Of a stretch of 64,000 nt of DNA, positions 26,901 through 35,566 are shown piece by piece; position 1 is the first letter of the stretch, and every line of letters starts with the position of its first letter. This stretch comes from Nitrospinota bacterium (GTDB lineage: Bacteria > Nitrospinota > Nitrospinia > Nitrospinales > VA-1), in the NCBI GenBank assembly GCA_038108555.1, contig JAYNIA010000006.1, positions 8,774 through 72,773 of the forward strand, written 5' to 3'. A program made the position numbers and the translations under genes. The notes beneath the pieces are model-generated. The model worked only from the letters and a program-made list of their open reading frames with translations. It was not told the origin of the DNA and did no database searches.

Positions 26901-27189
26901 GAGACAAGCGCTGCTGGTTTCCTGTGAAACCCGACTGCGTCCCATCATGATGACGGTTATATCCAGTGTCTTTGGAATGATTCCGCTCGCCTTTGGTGAA
27001 GGTGCCGGTACGGAATTGTACCGGGGAATGGGGACTGCATTGATAGGCGGTTTGAGCATATCAACTCTTTTTACGTTGTTCCTCGTTCCTGTTCTTATAT
27101 CGCTTGCTATTGATTTAGGAATTCACACCACAAAAGATGACCTGGTGAAAGATTCGCTGCAATCGAATCCGGAACCCAATCCTTCATAA
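23941..27189 (+). CDS. RND efflux transporter permease (AcrB/CzcA-type)
   Basis: 1082 aa with 12-TM architecture and two large periplasmic loops. Contains GMAFAVGMVVDNSIVVLENI and GIVVNNAILIVHQM. Confidence 0.9.
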   Translation: MKLIDQSIRNYHTVTVIIVMALVVGALCFQTLPRQLTPTVDKPQIEVKTEYLGLSPNEVERNISRRLEEQLESVEGMKKMTSTSQHGLSTINLEFEWGIDKNLAVLDVNNKLQQVKDLPINADKPTLRSISSDNSSPIMWIVFDKPDEKMPDLNQNYMYKIGEDIIVPSLRRIKGIADVWHFGGEEREMRVEFNPYSLARLRLTYKEVIDRLTEENQNTRAGFHDEENRAYTVRGLGEFINPEDILDTVIKRDGDRTIRVRDFATVVDGYQRTDSLVRISGNLSNAFGVIRKAGANVVETCNLAAERVKVLNQELLNRGIPLKLKIVYKDVDYIDEAMRLVKSNLGLGAVLAVAVLLVFLGSARSLLIVAISIPVSLVSVFIILKMLGRSINIISLAGMAFAVGMVVDNSIVVLENIYRHLTMKKGVLKAAYDGASEVWGAVLASTLTTLAVFLPIVFIEEEAGQMFRDIAITISGCIALSLLVSITVIPTLTTLLIRLKPGEEYKPGFFHRTLFRPVVLIGKGIGNAYSGLMARILHNSFFSVLMRIGILVGVCWMLWYSGQVLPKKDYLPYGNTNMVFMMIEPVAGTPASTNMKYLAEYEKKIVNMEDVNRNFLVFSPRFNGGGAIIEKDLAQGQRGEVKMAVKANEMGGDIFVIPGYRFAFAVQRPIFRSADKTFEVEITGPEILKLKDIAMGLIGRISGISGVHSVRPEFKFGNPELRFIPRREDAARLELGMKEIGDIVESLNAGKYLGEFNDRGEPIDFVLVQKKDDKKLGLEDYRSLPIWTDQELMTHLGHLADIEIDAGPARIDHIGTERAIKLRVQVRKDIPMQTVIDNVEEKVLGPTRLTLNEEFGLRIGGSADELASTEKSLANSFAYAVGFIYLLLVALFSSFIRPFIVMLTVILAVSGSFLGITWNNWYQRGNILSILEEWKVPNAQAMAEGWNWITFDILTQLGVVILAGIVVNNAILIVHQMLNNIKAGMEERQALLVSCETRLRPIMMTVISSVFGMIPLAFGEGAGTELYRGMGTALIGGLSISTLFTLFLVPVLISLAIDLGIHTTKDDLVKDSLQSNPEPNPS

Positions 27190-27195
27190 AACAGA

Positions 27196-27873
27196 TTAGA
27201 TTTTTTCTGATGGCCAGTGAGAAGGGGGCGATGCTTCCACGCAAACTTCTTCTTTGCTGACAGGGTGTTTGAACATCAGACGATGTGCGTAAAGTGCGAT
27301 TTGCCTTTCGGGAAGAGAGGTGGTCGCGCCATATTTTTTGTCCCCGTAAATGGGATGTCCAATGAATGAAAGTTGCGCCCGTATTTGATGAAACCTTCCT
27401 GTGTGCAGTTGGATCTCCAGCAGGCTTTTATCTTCACAGTTTTCCAATGTTTTGTATTCCAGCTCCGCATGTTGAGTATCTTTTCCGGATCGTTTGAAAA
27501 CGGTAGTCTTGAGCGATTTTTCTTTCCTCAGGTGGTGCGTGAGGGTCGCTTGTTTGGGATCGGGAGTTCCTTCCACAACAGCCCGATAAATTTTTTGTGT
27601 GGTCTTCTCACGAAACTGTTGGGATAAACGGGAAGCGGCTTTGGAAGTGCGCGCAAATAAAACCACACCGGATACATTTCGATCTAGCCGGTGAACCAAT
27701 CCCAGAAACACATTACCCGGCTTGTTAAATTCATCTTTAATCCATTTTTTAACCAGATCCATTAAGGATTCGGAACCGGAATCATTTGCCTGGGTTAAAA
27801 TTCCCGGAGGTTTGCAAACAGCGATTAAATGATTGTCCAAATAGAGGATGGATAATTCATTGGGGTGGGGCAA
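27196..27873 (-). CDS. RluA-family pseudouridine synthase (no S4 domain)
   Basis: LIAVCKPPG, HRLDRNVSGVVLFART (catalytic Asp) and HQIRAQL motifs. Confidence 0.8.
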   Translation of the reverse strand: MPHPNELSILYLDNHLIAVCKPPGILTQANDSGSESLMDLVKKWIKDEFNKPGNVFLGLVHRLDRNVSGVVLFARTSKAASRLSQQFREKTTQKIYRAVVEGTPDPKQATLTHHLRKEKSLKTTVFKRSGKDTQHAELEYKTLENCEDKSLLEIQLHTGRFHQIRAQLSFIGHPIYGDKKYGATTSLPERQIALYAHRLMFKHPVSKEEVCVEASPPSHWPSEKI

Positions 27874-28525
27874 TCTTAAGGTCCTTTACATCGGTGAGTT
27901 TTAAGCCGTCACTTCCTACGATGCCTCCTGAGACAACGTACTTGATACCATCTTCGATGGACATGTCCACTTCCGTAAGTTCTTCAGGCGGGGCGAAGAT
28001 TAGAAACCCGGAGGTAGGGTTCGGCATCGTCGGCACAAAAACATTGAGTACGTCTTCGTGAGTGTAATCCTGTACTTCGCCACGGGCTGAGCCGGTGACA
28101 AATCCAATCGCCAGCATTCCCCGGCGGGGAAATTCAATCAAAACCACTTTGCGAAACGCACTGGTATCTGCATGGGCGATCGATTGCACCACCTGCTTCG
28201 AACCTTTGTAGATTCGGCGGACAAAAGGAATTTTCTCAACAATTTTTTCACCCAAATGGAGAAACCGTTTTCCAAAAAAGTTGGTGGTGAACCATCCGAC
28301 CAAGAGAACAATAAGCAAGGTAATGACCAGCCCGAGTGCTGGAATCCGGTATCCTTCAGGAATCGGTGCCCCCATATCGATAAGCATTTTTGTGAAAACT
28401 GGTGACAGGGCATCGAGATTCTTGAAAAGGAACTGTAATATGAAATAAGTTAGTGCGATGGGAAGGGTGATCAACAACCCGGTGATAAAAACATTTCGAA
28501 TTCGGCGTTGCAGTTTTTTAAACAC
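27857..28525 (-). CDS. DUF502 family membrane protein
   Basis: 222 aa. Two N-terminal TM helices (ITGLLITLPIALTYFIL; LGLVITLLIVLLVGWF), then a soluble domain with PTMPNPTSGFL. This fits the DUF502 layout as I recall it. Confidence 0.65.
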   Translation of the reverse strand: MFKKLQRRIRNVFITGLLITLPIALTYFILQFLFKNLDALSPVFTKMLIDMGAPIPEGYRIPALGLVITLLIVLLVGWFTTNFFGKRFLHLGEKIVEKIPFVRRIYKGSKQVVQSIAHADTSAFRKVVLIEFPRRGMLAIGFVTGSARGEVQDYTHEDVLNVFVPTMPNPTSGFLIFAPPEELTEVDMSIEDGIKYVVSGGIVGSDGLKLTDVKDLKIAPPQ

Positions 28526-28658
28526 GGTGCCCGCTCGGTTAACTGGAAGGGAATTTAATTTTCGACTGGTTAATACAAAAATTTTCTAAAAGTTTCATTA
28601 TATTATATAGGGAATGGGCGTTAAGGCAATAGTGCCGGAATGAAGGTAGGATTTACAC

Positions 28659-28686
28659 TTGACAGGAGCCGTATAATCGCTAATAT
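28659..28686 (+). promoter_or_regulatory. Near-consensus sigma-70 promoter for tRNA-Ala
   Basis: TTGACA (28659-28664), 16-nt spacer, TAATAT (28681-28686). It lies about 35 nt upstream of the tRNA 5' end. Confidence 0.55.
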
Positions 28687-28720
28687 CAATCCGTTAGAGT
28701 TAAATAAATGAAAATATACT

Positions 28721-28793
<73 letters not shown>

Positions 28794-28801
28794 TATTTTT
28801 T

Positions 28802-28835
28802 AAAGGGCTTGGTCAAATTGACCAGGCCCTTTTTA
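28802..28835 (+). terminator. Intrinsic terminator after tRNA-Ala
   Basis: AAAGGGCTTGGTCAA-ATTGACCAGGCCCTTTTT hairpin followed by a T-run. Confidence 0.7.
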
Positions 28836-28967
28836 TATTTGTTTAAATGGTTTGGTTGTGAAAATTAGCAATTTATCATTCATCTGAAATGCTCAATATA
28901 AGTTGGTTTCAGATGAGCTGGTAAGACAGATGCGGGGAGATAGATTTAGGGAGTTGGTTCCTGGTGG

Positions 28968-29375
28968 TTAAAATTTCCAAAACTTAAATATAATGGTCAG
29001 GCCCAGAATCAGTATGCCGAGGTTGGACAAAATTACAGCCGCTCCGGCAATATCTTTAATTTTCTTAATTTCAGGGTGGATTTTGGGGTGCAAAAAATCG
29101 ATCAAGGATTCTATAGCGGTATTTAAAAGTTCTAATGATATAACAAAAAGAAAAGCGATGATCGCCATGCACCACCATAAAACTGGCGGATTCGAAATTA
29201 CTAGAACCCCCAGCATCAAAATAAATCCTATAATTTGGTTTCTAAAACTCTTCTCTTCTTTCCAGGCAGTTTGAATTCCTTCCATGCCCAAAACAATCCT
29301 ACTTATAATAGTCCCATCTTTAGGGGAGTAGTCTTTGGTGAATCGACGAGTTTCCAGTTTTATAGATTTTGACAT
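28968..29375 (-). CDS. dgkA: Diacylglycerol kinase family protein (DgkA; possibly undecaprenol kinase)
   Basis: Three-TM small protein with WKEEKSFRNQ and SLELLNTAIESLIDF (ExxNTAIE motif). The start is set at ATG 29375; the ORF extends to 29492. Confidence 0.75.
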   Translation of the reverse strand: MSKSIKLETRRFTKDYSPKDGTIISRIVLGMEGIQTAWKEEKSFRNQIIGFILMLGVLVISNPPVLWWCMAIIAFLFVISLELLNTAIESLIDFLHPKIHPEIKKIKDIAGAAVILSNLGILILGLTIIFKFWKF

Positions 29376-29568
29376 GAGTAAATTATACAAAAATAATTTC
29401 ATAAATCTTGTTAAATTTGTAGGGAAAGGTCGAAACCCAAATAAATTAGTTGTTATTATTTTTTTAAATTCCTGCTCTAATCTGATTCCCAAAGCGAATA
29501 TTTGCAGTTTTTTAGGAATTTAGCAATAGTATTTGGGTAAATGGAAAATAAACAATGAAAGTTGGAAA

Positions 29569-30558
29569 ATGAAAAAAGTCAAGTATTTTGCGCTATTTGC
29601 AGGCCTATGTCTGTTGACGGTCATCATCATATTACAGGGTATTGGTGAAGTTTTAGGAGTTTTAACCAGGGTTGGTGGACACGTTTTCTATCTTTTCATT
29701 TATTTTATATTTCCTTTAGGTTCCACCGTTTTGGCAACCTATATTCTGATTCCCAAACGGCGAAGGCCAGAGCCCGGAAACCAGTGGTTTGGAAATTTAT
29801 TGGTCAATTCAGTGAATTGGTTATTGCCAGTGGCTCAGATCGGAGGCTGGATCGCCAGAGTCCATTGGCTTTCAAGAAGGGGGATGCCCGTTACCCTTGC
29901 AGGAGCCAGTTCTTTTGTGGACCTGACAATTCAGGCTTTTGCCCAAAGCCTGGTAGGGATTTTAGGGCTGATTCTTTTAATATTTCTATTTTGGCAGGAA
30001 AAAACACTTATTTATTCCGGCATTTTGATCGCTGTTCTTCTTTTATCAGCTGTCTATGTTTTATTTAAGATTCAAAAAAAAGGATTGTTTTTTTACCTGA
30101 AAAAATTTTTTAAAAGCGCATCTTTTGGGCGGGAGTTGGCTAAATATGTAGAAAACTTTCAGGAGATTGATCTGGAGGTCAAGGCCCTGTATTCCAACCG
30201 GAATAGGGTAATTATTTCAGTTTTATTCAGGTTTCTTGCACGAATGTTATTAGCGGGTGAAATATTTATCGTATTTTATATTTTGGGCCATCCCATAAAC
30301 TTTCTTGATGCAATATTTTTGGAAAGCCTTGGGCAAACGATCAGGGCGGCTTCGTTCCTGGTCCCCGGATCCTATGGCATCCAAGAGGGAGGGTATGTTG
30401 TTCTTGGCATAATGCTTGGGCTTCCAACAGGTTATTGTCTTGCAATGGCACTAACCAAAAGAGCCCGCGAATTATTTTTAGGAGGATTTACACTCTTTTA
30501 TTGGCAGTGGAGGGAAGGAAAGAGCATATTAAAATTCTCAGAAAACAAGCTTAGTTAA
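29569..30558 (+). CDS. UPF0104 / LPG-synthase-TM (MprF flippase-domain-like) membrane protein
   Basis: About 330 aa, polytopic. The C-terminal part has ASFLVPGSYGIQEGGYVVLG, typical of the flippase-like domain family. ATG 29569 preferred over TTG 29533. Confidence 0.65.
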   Translation: MKKVKYFALFAGLCLLTVIIILQGIGEVLGVLTRVGGHVFYLFIYFIFPLGSTVLATYILIPKRRRPEPGNQWFGNLLVNSVNWLLPVAQIGGWIARVHWLSRRGMPVTLAGASSFVDLTIQAFAQSLVGILGLILLIFLFWQEKTLIYSGILIAVLLLSAVYVLFKIQKKGLFFYLKKFFKSASFGRELAKYVENFQEIDLEVKALYSNRNRVIISVLFRFLARMLLAGEIFIVFYILGHPINFLDAIFLESLGQTIRAASFLVPGSYGIQEGGYVVLGIMLGLPTGYCLAMALTKRARELFLGGFTLFYWQWREGKSILKFSENKLS

Positions 30559-30594
30559 TAAAAAAACAGGATTGATATTTAGAACGAAATTAAG

Positions 30595-32394
30595 GTGAAA
30601 AGTCCTTCGACTTCAAATAATCTAATGCCCCCAGTAAATTCAAATGCCTTTAGTTTTCGGAATGTCTGCCTTGTCTTTTCATTCTTTGCGTTGACCGTAA
30701 TTGTGTTCTTTAATTCCCTGGGAAATGATTTTGTTTTTGATGATACCCATTACATTAAAGAAAACTATTTGATAAAAGCTCTGGATCTTCCGGGCTTGTG
30801 GAATATTTTTTCATCATTTTATGTTTGGGATTACCTCCCTTTAACTTTTGTCTCATTCGGCATAGATTACGGGTTGTTTGGTTTGGACCCTGCCGGTTAC
30901 CACCTCACCAATTTATTGCTTCATTTTGTTAATTCCTACCTGACTTATAGATTGGTTTTCCACATTACCCAGTCTGGGAAAATTGCCCTATGGACTGCAA
31001 TTATATTTTTGACACATCCTATTCAGGTGGAAAGTGTGTCCTGGATTTCGGAAAGAAAGAATCTGCTCTCATTTGCATTCTTTGCCGGTTCGTTTATTTG
31101 TTACCTGCGGGGAGATTCCCGGAAACTGTCTCTGGTTTTATTTGGTATGGCATGTTTGTCTAAGTCATCCGTGGTAATCCTTCCTTTATTGCTGATAATT
31201 TATGACATTTCATTTAATGAAAAAAAGATAATGAATGCTTTGGTGGATAAGGTGCCATATTTCCTGATATCTTTGGTAAGTGCTGCTTTAACCTTACTTT
31301 CCCATTCGACCGGAGAAACTATAAAAGAGCATTCCGACCAAAACCCGCTTTTTACCTTTTTCAGCATGTTGGCTGTTTTAAAAGAATATATTCTTAAAAT
31401 ATTTCTCCCGGTCAACCTGAACGTTTGGTATCCAAGTCAAATTTATAAAAGTTTTTATGAGCCGCAAGTCATGATTTCGGCAATAGTGATGACGGTTTAT
31501 TTTGTCCTGCTTTGGTGGGGCTATAAAAATAAGCGTATTGTTTTTTTCGGTTTGGCCTGGTTTTTAATAGCTCTACTACCCAATTCGCAAATAGTGCCTA
31601 TGGAGATAATAATGGCTGACCGCTTTCTTTACATTCCTTTAGTGGGGTTTTCCATCGCATTGGGTTCAATGATCCGTGGCTCCAGGAAAAAAGAAGGGTT
31701 ATTGATTGTGTCCGTGTTAGTGCTGATTTGTTTGTTGAGCGTAAATCGAAATTCAGTTTTTAAAAATGATTTTTTATTATGGAAAGACAGCGTCGCAAGG
31801 AACCCGAATAATACATTTTCTTTGATGTTCTATGGGGTAAGCCATTGGGAAAAAGGCGACCATGATCATGCATTGGAAAGCTTAAAACAGGCAAAAATTA
31901 TTGAACCCGCTAATGAAAAAGCGGCCCTTTATTCTGCGCACATATATAAGGAAAAAAAAGAGTGGAACAAGGCAGAAGCTCTTTATAAGGAGTTGGCGAG
32001 GAAGCACCCGAAGAATGCAAAATATTTAAACCACCTTGCCGTATTTTGGGATAAACGTGGGAAAACAAAAAAAAGTATTGAAACTATAAACCAGGCTATC
32101 AAGCTGGATCCTGAACTTGGATTGGCTCATTTTAATCGTGGGGTTTTTCTGAATAAGGTGGGAGATTCCAAAGGAGCTCTGGATTCTTTTAAGAAAGCAG
32201 TTGTGTTGGAACAGAATTGGGCGCATGCCCATCATACATTGGGGATGTTTTATATTAAGCGAACCGATCGTCCCGAATTTGGAATAAGGCATTTAAACCA
32301 AAGCCTCCGCCTCGACCCGGACCAGCCGCAGGCTGAAAAGATTCAGCAAACCCTTTTTTCTATTTTGTTTAAAAAGCCAAAATATCCTAATTAA
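30595..32394 (+). CDS. TMTC/DUF1736-like GT-C membrane protein with C-terminal TPR repeats
   Basis: 599 aa. NSLGNDFVFDDTHYIKEN, GLDPAGYHLTNLLLHF and THPIQVESVSWISERKN parallel the 10806-12854 paralog and eukaryotic TMTCs. TPRs run from about residue 400. Confidence 0.7.
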   Translation: MKSPSTSNNLMPPVNSNAFSFRNVCLVFSFFALTVIVFFNSLGNDFVFDDTHYIKENYLIKALDLPGLWNIFSSFYVWDYLPLTFVSFGIDYGLFGLDPAGYHLTNLLLHFVNSYLTYRLVFHITQSGKIALWTAIIFLTHPIQVESVSWISERKNLLSFAFFAGSFICYLRGDSRKLSLVLFGMACLSKSSVVILPLLLIIYDISFNEKKIMNALVDKVPYFLISLVSAALTLLSHSTGETIKEHSDQNPLFTFFSMLAVLKEYILKIFLPVNLNVWYPSQIYKSFYEPQVMISAIVMTVYFVLLWWGYKNKRIVFFGLAWFLIALLPNSQIVPMEIIMADRFLYIPLVGFSIALGSMIRGSRKKEGLLIVSVLVLICLLSVNRNSVFKNDFLLWKDSVARNPNNTFSLMFYGVSHWEKGDHDHALESLKQAKIIEPANEKAALYSAHIYKEKKEWNKAEALYKELARKHPKNAKYLNHLAVFWDKRGKTKKSIETINQAIKLDPELGLAHFNRGVFLNKVGDSKGALDSFKKAVVLEQNWAHAHHTLGMFYIKRTDRPEFGIRHLNQSLRLDPDQPQAEKIQQTLFSILFKKPKYPN

Positions 32395-33632
32395 TTTTGT
32401 GTGTGCTTAATAGGACCCACAGGTGTTTCCTTTAAATAGTGGCTGAAAGTGAAATACAGCTGTTGCATGGCAAGTGGAGAAAAAACCGTTGTAAGCGCAA
32501 TGACAATCACCATACCCGCGTAAATTTCGTTGCTGAAGATTTCACTTTCCCTCCCCAATTCAGCAAAGATGAGTCCCACCTCTCCGCGCGGTACCATAGC
32601 GGTTCCAATGATCCACCGCATGGGCCACGATTCCCTGATGAACCAGGGACCCATTAATTTCCCCACAACCGCAATAACCAAAAGTGTCATAGAAAATGCC
32701 CATATGAAAGGAGAGCTCCAATCGATTTCACGAAGGTTGAGTGACATTCCTACCATGACGAAGAAAATGGGGGTGAACAAATGAATGATGGATTTCATTT
32801 CTGTTTCTATACGTTCGGCGAACGATGGGTCGGCATGCAAGGCGACCCCAAAGGGTAACAAGAAGCGTCTGGATAATGCTAACCCTGCTGCAAATCCGCC
32901 GAGCAGTTCCGGAGCTCCCATCAGATGAGCGAGCCATGCGAAAAGCAGGACCAGGGAAACGATGGTGGTGGGAATCAAACCAGGAATTTCCGTAGTTGTG
33001 TTCACATGTTTGATAATGGTGGACATTAGCTTGGCCGCCACCGGTGCAAGGAAAAAAAAGACTGCCACGAACGATATCACTTTCCCTGCATTGCCCAGTG
33101 TGACACCTCCACCCACCGAAAACTCGTAAAGTAATGCTAGAAGGACAACTCCCATAACATCATCCAGAATTGCCGCTCCTAAAATGATTTGTCCCTCTGT
33201 GGAGTGATGGCGTTTGAGATCGGAAAGCACCCGGGCAGTGATGCCGATACTCGTTGCAGTAAGGGTTCCGCCTATGAATAGAGATACCAGGAAATCGAGG
33301 CCGAAAATCCAATAGCCGACGCTAAATCCAAACAGGAGAGGAATTGCAAAACCCGTGACAGCCACTATTAAGGACTTTCTGCCTGAACGTGTCAACTGTT
33401 GAAGATCGGTTCCCAGGCCAACTTCGAATAAGAGCAGAATGATGCCAATCTCAGCCATGAGTTGGATAGCTTCTATGGGTTCTATCCAACCCAGCAAACT
33501 GGGGCCAAGCACCACGCCAGCGATAAGCTCTCCGATGACAGAAGGTCCTTTTAGCCTGACGGTCAACTCTGCAAAGACACGTGCAGTAAGAAGAATAATT
33601 AACAGGATAAGAAAAAAATCGTGGGCATGCAT
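32391..33632 (-). CDS. Cation:proton antiporter (CPA2, Na+/H+ exchanger family)
   Basis: 413 aa, about 12 TM. The SVIGELIAGVVLGPSLLG N-terminal motif is typical of Kef/NapA-type exchangers. Confidence 0.85.
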   Translation of the reverse strand: MHAHDFFLILLIILLTARVFAELTVRLKGPSVIGELIAGVVLGPSLLGWIEPIEAIQLMAEIGIILLLFEVGLGTDLQQLTRSGRKSLIVAVTGFAIPLLFGFSVGYWIFGLDFLVSLFIGGTLTATSIGITARVLSDLKRHHSTEGQIILGAAILDDVMGVVLLALLYEFSVGGGVTLGNAGKVISFVAVFFFLAPVAAKLMSTIIKHVNTTTEIPGLIPTTIVSLVLLFAWLAHLMGAPELLGGFAAGLALSRRFLLPFGVALHADPSFAERIETEMKSIIHLFTPIFFVMVGMSLNLREIDWSSPFIWAFSMTLLVIAVVGKLMGPWFIRESWPMRWIIGTAMVPRGEVGLIFAELGRESEIFSNEIYAGMVIVIALTTVFSPLAMQQLYFTFSHYLKETPVGPIKHTQN

Positions 33633-34327
33633 TAAAGGTCCAAAATTGTTTTTTGAACATCGGGAGTTTTTGAAGAGATTTTAGTTGCCCCTCCCTTCTT
33701 AAAACGAAAATCACAATGATCGCACCCATCGGCAAGGGTTTGTGTCCGGGTAAGTCCCCAGCCAAGGGCATCACTTAGCGCAATATCAGACATGCAGACA
33801 TAAGGGGCAAATTCTTCACCTCCATTATTTTTCAAGAAATTAAGATTGCCACATTGGAGATAATTAACACCAAAGTCAAAATCATCTTCATCACCAATGA
33901 GGTACTCAATTTCAAAGTCTCCAAAACGACCTATTTCTCGATTTTTTGCGCGCCTTTTCATTAAGGTCATCGTGATTGGAGAAAACATAAAATATTTTAT
34001 GATCCATTTTTTCCATTTGGGTATAGTTTTCATTCTCAGCTTAAGAGCTTCGTGACACAATTCCCAGGCTTCCTTCGTTGATTTGCCCAGTTTCTTCATG
34101 GCTTTATAGACAGCAAGTTCCTGGGCTGTAATGAGGAGGAATTGGTTAAGAAATTTTCCTTGAATTCCTTTGATATAGGGGATCTTTGGGATTAGTTTTT
34201 CATATTCTTTAAAGCATTCAACCTTCAAACTTTTTGCGATCTTCGTCCCAAAGCGTGTAGTCAACACTGTTTCTAACAAGGTGGCGGTGAAATTTAAGTC
34301 TTTCAAAAGCGCTTCCTTGTTTGGCAT
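33632..34327 (-). CDS. L-2-amino-thiazoline-4-carboxylate hydrolase-like (ATC_hydrolase family) protein
   Basis: The C-terminal CGNLNFLKNNGGEEFAPYVCMSDIALSDALGWGLTRTQTLADGCDHCDFRF resembles the ATC-hydrolase family pattern. This call is from memory and unverified. Confidence 0.45.
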   Translation of the reverse strand: MPNKEALLKDLNFTATLLETVLTTRFGTKIAKSLKVECFKEYEKLIPKIPYIKGIQGKFLNQFLLITAQELAVYKAMKKLGKSTKEAWELCHEALKLRMKTIPKWKKWIIKYFMFSPITMTLMKRRAKNREIGRFGDFEIEYLIGDEDDFDFGVNYLQCGNLNFLKNNGGEEFAPYVCMSDIALSDALGWGLTRTQTLADGCDHCDFRFKKGGATKISSKTPDVQKTILDL

Positions 34328-34493
34328 GCCATTATCCTTCTTTCTGCATACATTTATTACGATTTACTATAATTTTAGACCTGGGTGAGGCGGACTTTAT
34401 TCCCTTTAGGGTTAGAAAATAAAAGGAATATTCCTAATTTTTATTGGGTCTTATCTATAGATGGATGCTGGGAAGAGGAAAGGGGGATAGTTT

Positions 34494-34736
34494 ATGACGA
34501 TCGAAATTATTCGTGAAATTTTGGGTTGGTGTATTGTAATTAATTTGGGAATTTTATTGTTTTGGTGGCTGTGCTTGATGTTGGCTCATGACTGGGTATA
34601 TGGGTTTCATAGCAAGTGGTTCAAACTGTCGCTGGAAAAGTTTGATGAAATCCATTATCAAGGTATAGCGATTTACAAAATAGCCATTTTTATCACCAAT
34701 ATTTCTCCTTACTTTGCATTTAAGATTGTCGGATAA
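34494..34736 (+). CDS. Small two-TM membrane protein (hypothetical)
   Basis: 80 aa with a strong SD (GGAAAGGGGGA) 8 nt upstream of the ATG and two hydrophobic helices. Confidence 0.55.
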   Translation: MTIEIIREILGWCIVINLGILLFWWLCLMLAHDWVYGFHSKWFKLSLEKFDEIHYQGIAIYKIAIFITNISPYFAFKIVG

Positions 34737-34761
34737 ACCATTTGTTGTGAAAATTTGCTGT

Positions 34762-35373
34762 TTATTTCGAAAATCCATTTTCCAACACAATATCATCCAG
34801 TGGTAACTGGCCTGGCTTGGGCCAGGCATCCTTTGTTCCCTTCCCAATGGCAACCATGGGACCCATCACATGATCTTCTGGCAGGCTGATGAGTTTAGCT
34901 ACTTCGTTAATGTCAAAACCGATCATCGGGCATGAGTCATATCCCATAGATTTTGCAGCCAGCATCAGGGTTTGCATTGCCATGCCAATGGACCGTTGTG
35001 CCTCATCACGTTGTAGCCAGTCACGCCCCTCGTGGAAAGGTCCCATCCAATTGACCAGCAGGTCGGCAACCTCCTTGGGTGCGTTTTCCCAGTAGCGTTG
35101 GGGATTTTTCTTCCATGCCTGGGTATCTGCAGTCATGAGAATGAGTAGAGAAGCATCGGTCATTTGAGATTGGTCGTTACCAAATTCAGTCCGTATCTTT
35201 TCCCGTAATTCAGGATTTCGAAGTATCACAAATCGCCAGTGTTGAATATTGAAGCTCGTGGGTGCTTGAATAGCTGCTTCAAGCAGTCGGCTTTCTTCTT
35301 CGGGAGTCAATTTATGATTCGGGTCAAAGTGCTTTACAGCCCGACGATTATAAATGGCCTGAAAGGTATCCAT
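34762..35373 (-). CDS. Nitroreductase family protein
   Basis: 203 aa. IYNRRAVKHF, EAAIQAPTSFNIQHWRF and MQTLMLAAKSMGYDSCPMIGF. Confidence 0.85.
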   Translation of the reverse strand: MDTFQAIYNRRAVKHFDPNHKLTPEEESRLLEAAIQAPTSFNIQHWRFVILRNPELREKIRTEFGNDQSQMTDASLLILMTADTQAWKKNPQRYWENAPKEVADLLVNWMGPFHEGRDWLQRDEAQRSIGMAMQTLMLAAKSMGYDSCPMIGFDINEVAKLISLPEDHVMGPMVAIGKGTKDAWPKPGQLPLDDIVLENGFSK

Positions 35374-35566
35374 GATGATTCTCCATTTAAGGTGATTTCT
35401 GCATATTGCGATAACCGCATTATAAAGGTTTTTCGGAATAAATCGGGTAGGAATAAAAATGCTGGGAAAATGAGGGTAGGTTTAAATTGATTCCCTCAAT
35501 TCAGACCGTTAAAATATGAATTCAGGCTAATAATCGATTAAAAAAATATGGGATTACTTTTCTATT

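Noticed and set aside
28872-28906. 9-bp inverted repeat CATCTGAAA-N17-TTTCAGATG downstream of tRNA-Ala; considered as an att site or island boundary, or as the dgkA terminator
   Set aside because: No integrase or foreign-looking genes flank the tRNA. There is no duplicated tRNA 3' segment. No U-run follows the hairpin on the dgkA strand.
34424-34435. Perfect 12-bp palindrome AGGAATATTCCT in the divergent spacer upstream of the small membrane protein gene
   Set aside because: About 64000/4^6, roughly 16, perfect 12-bp palindromes are expected by chance in a window this size. No second copy or half-site array was seen.
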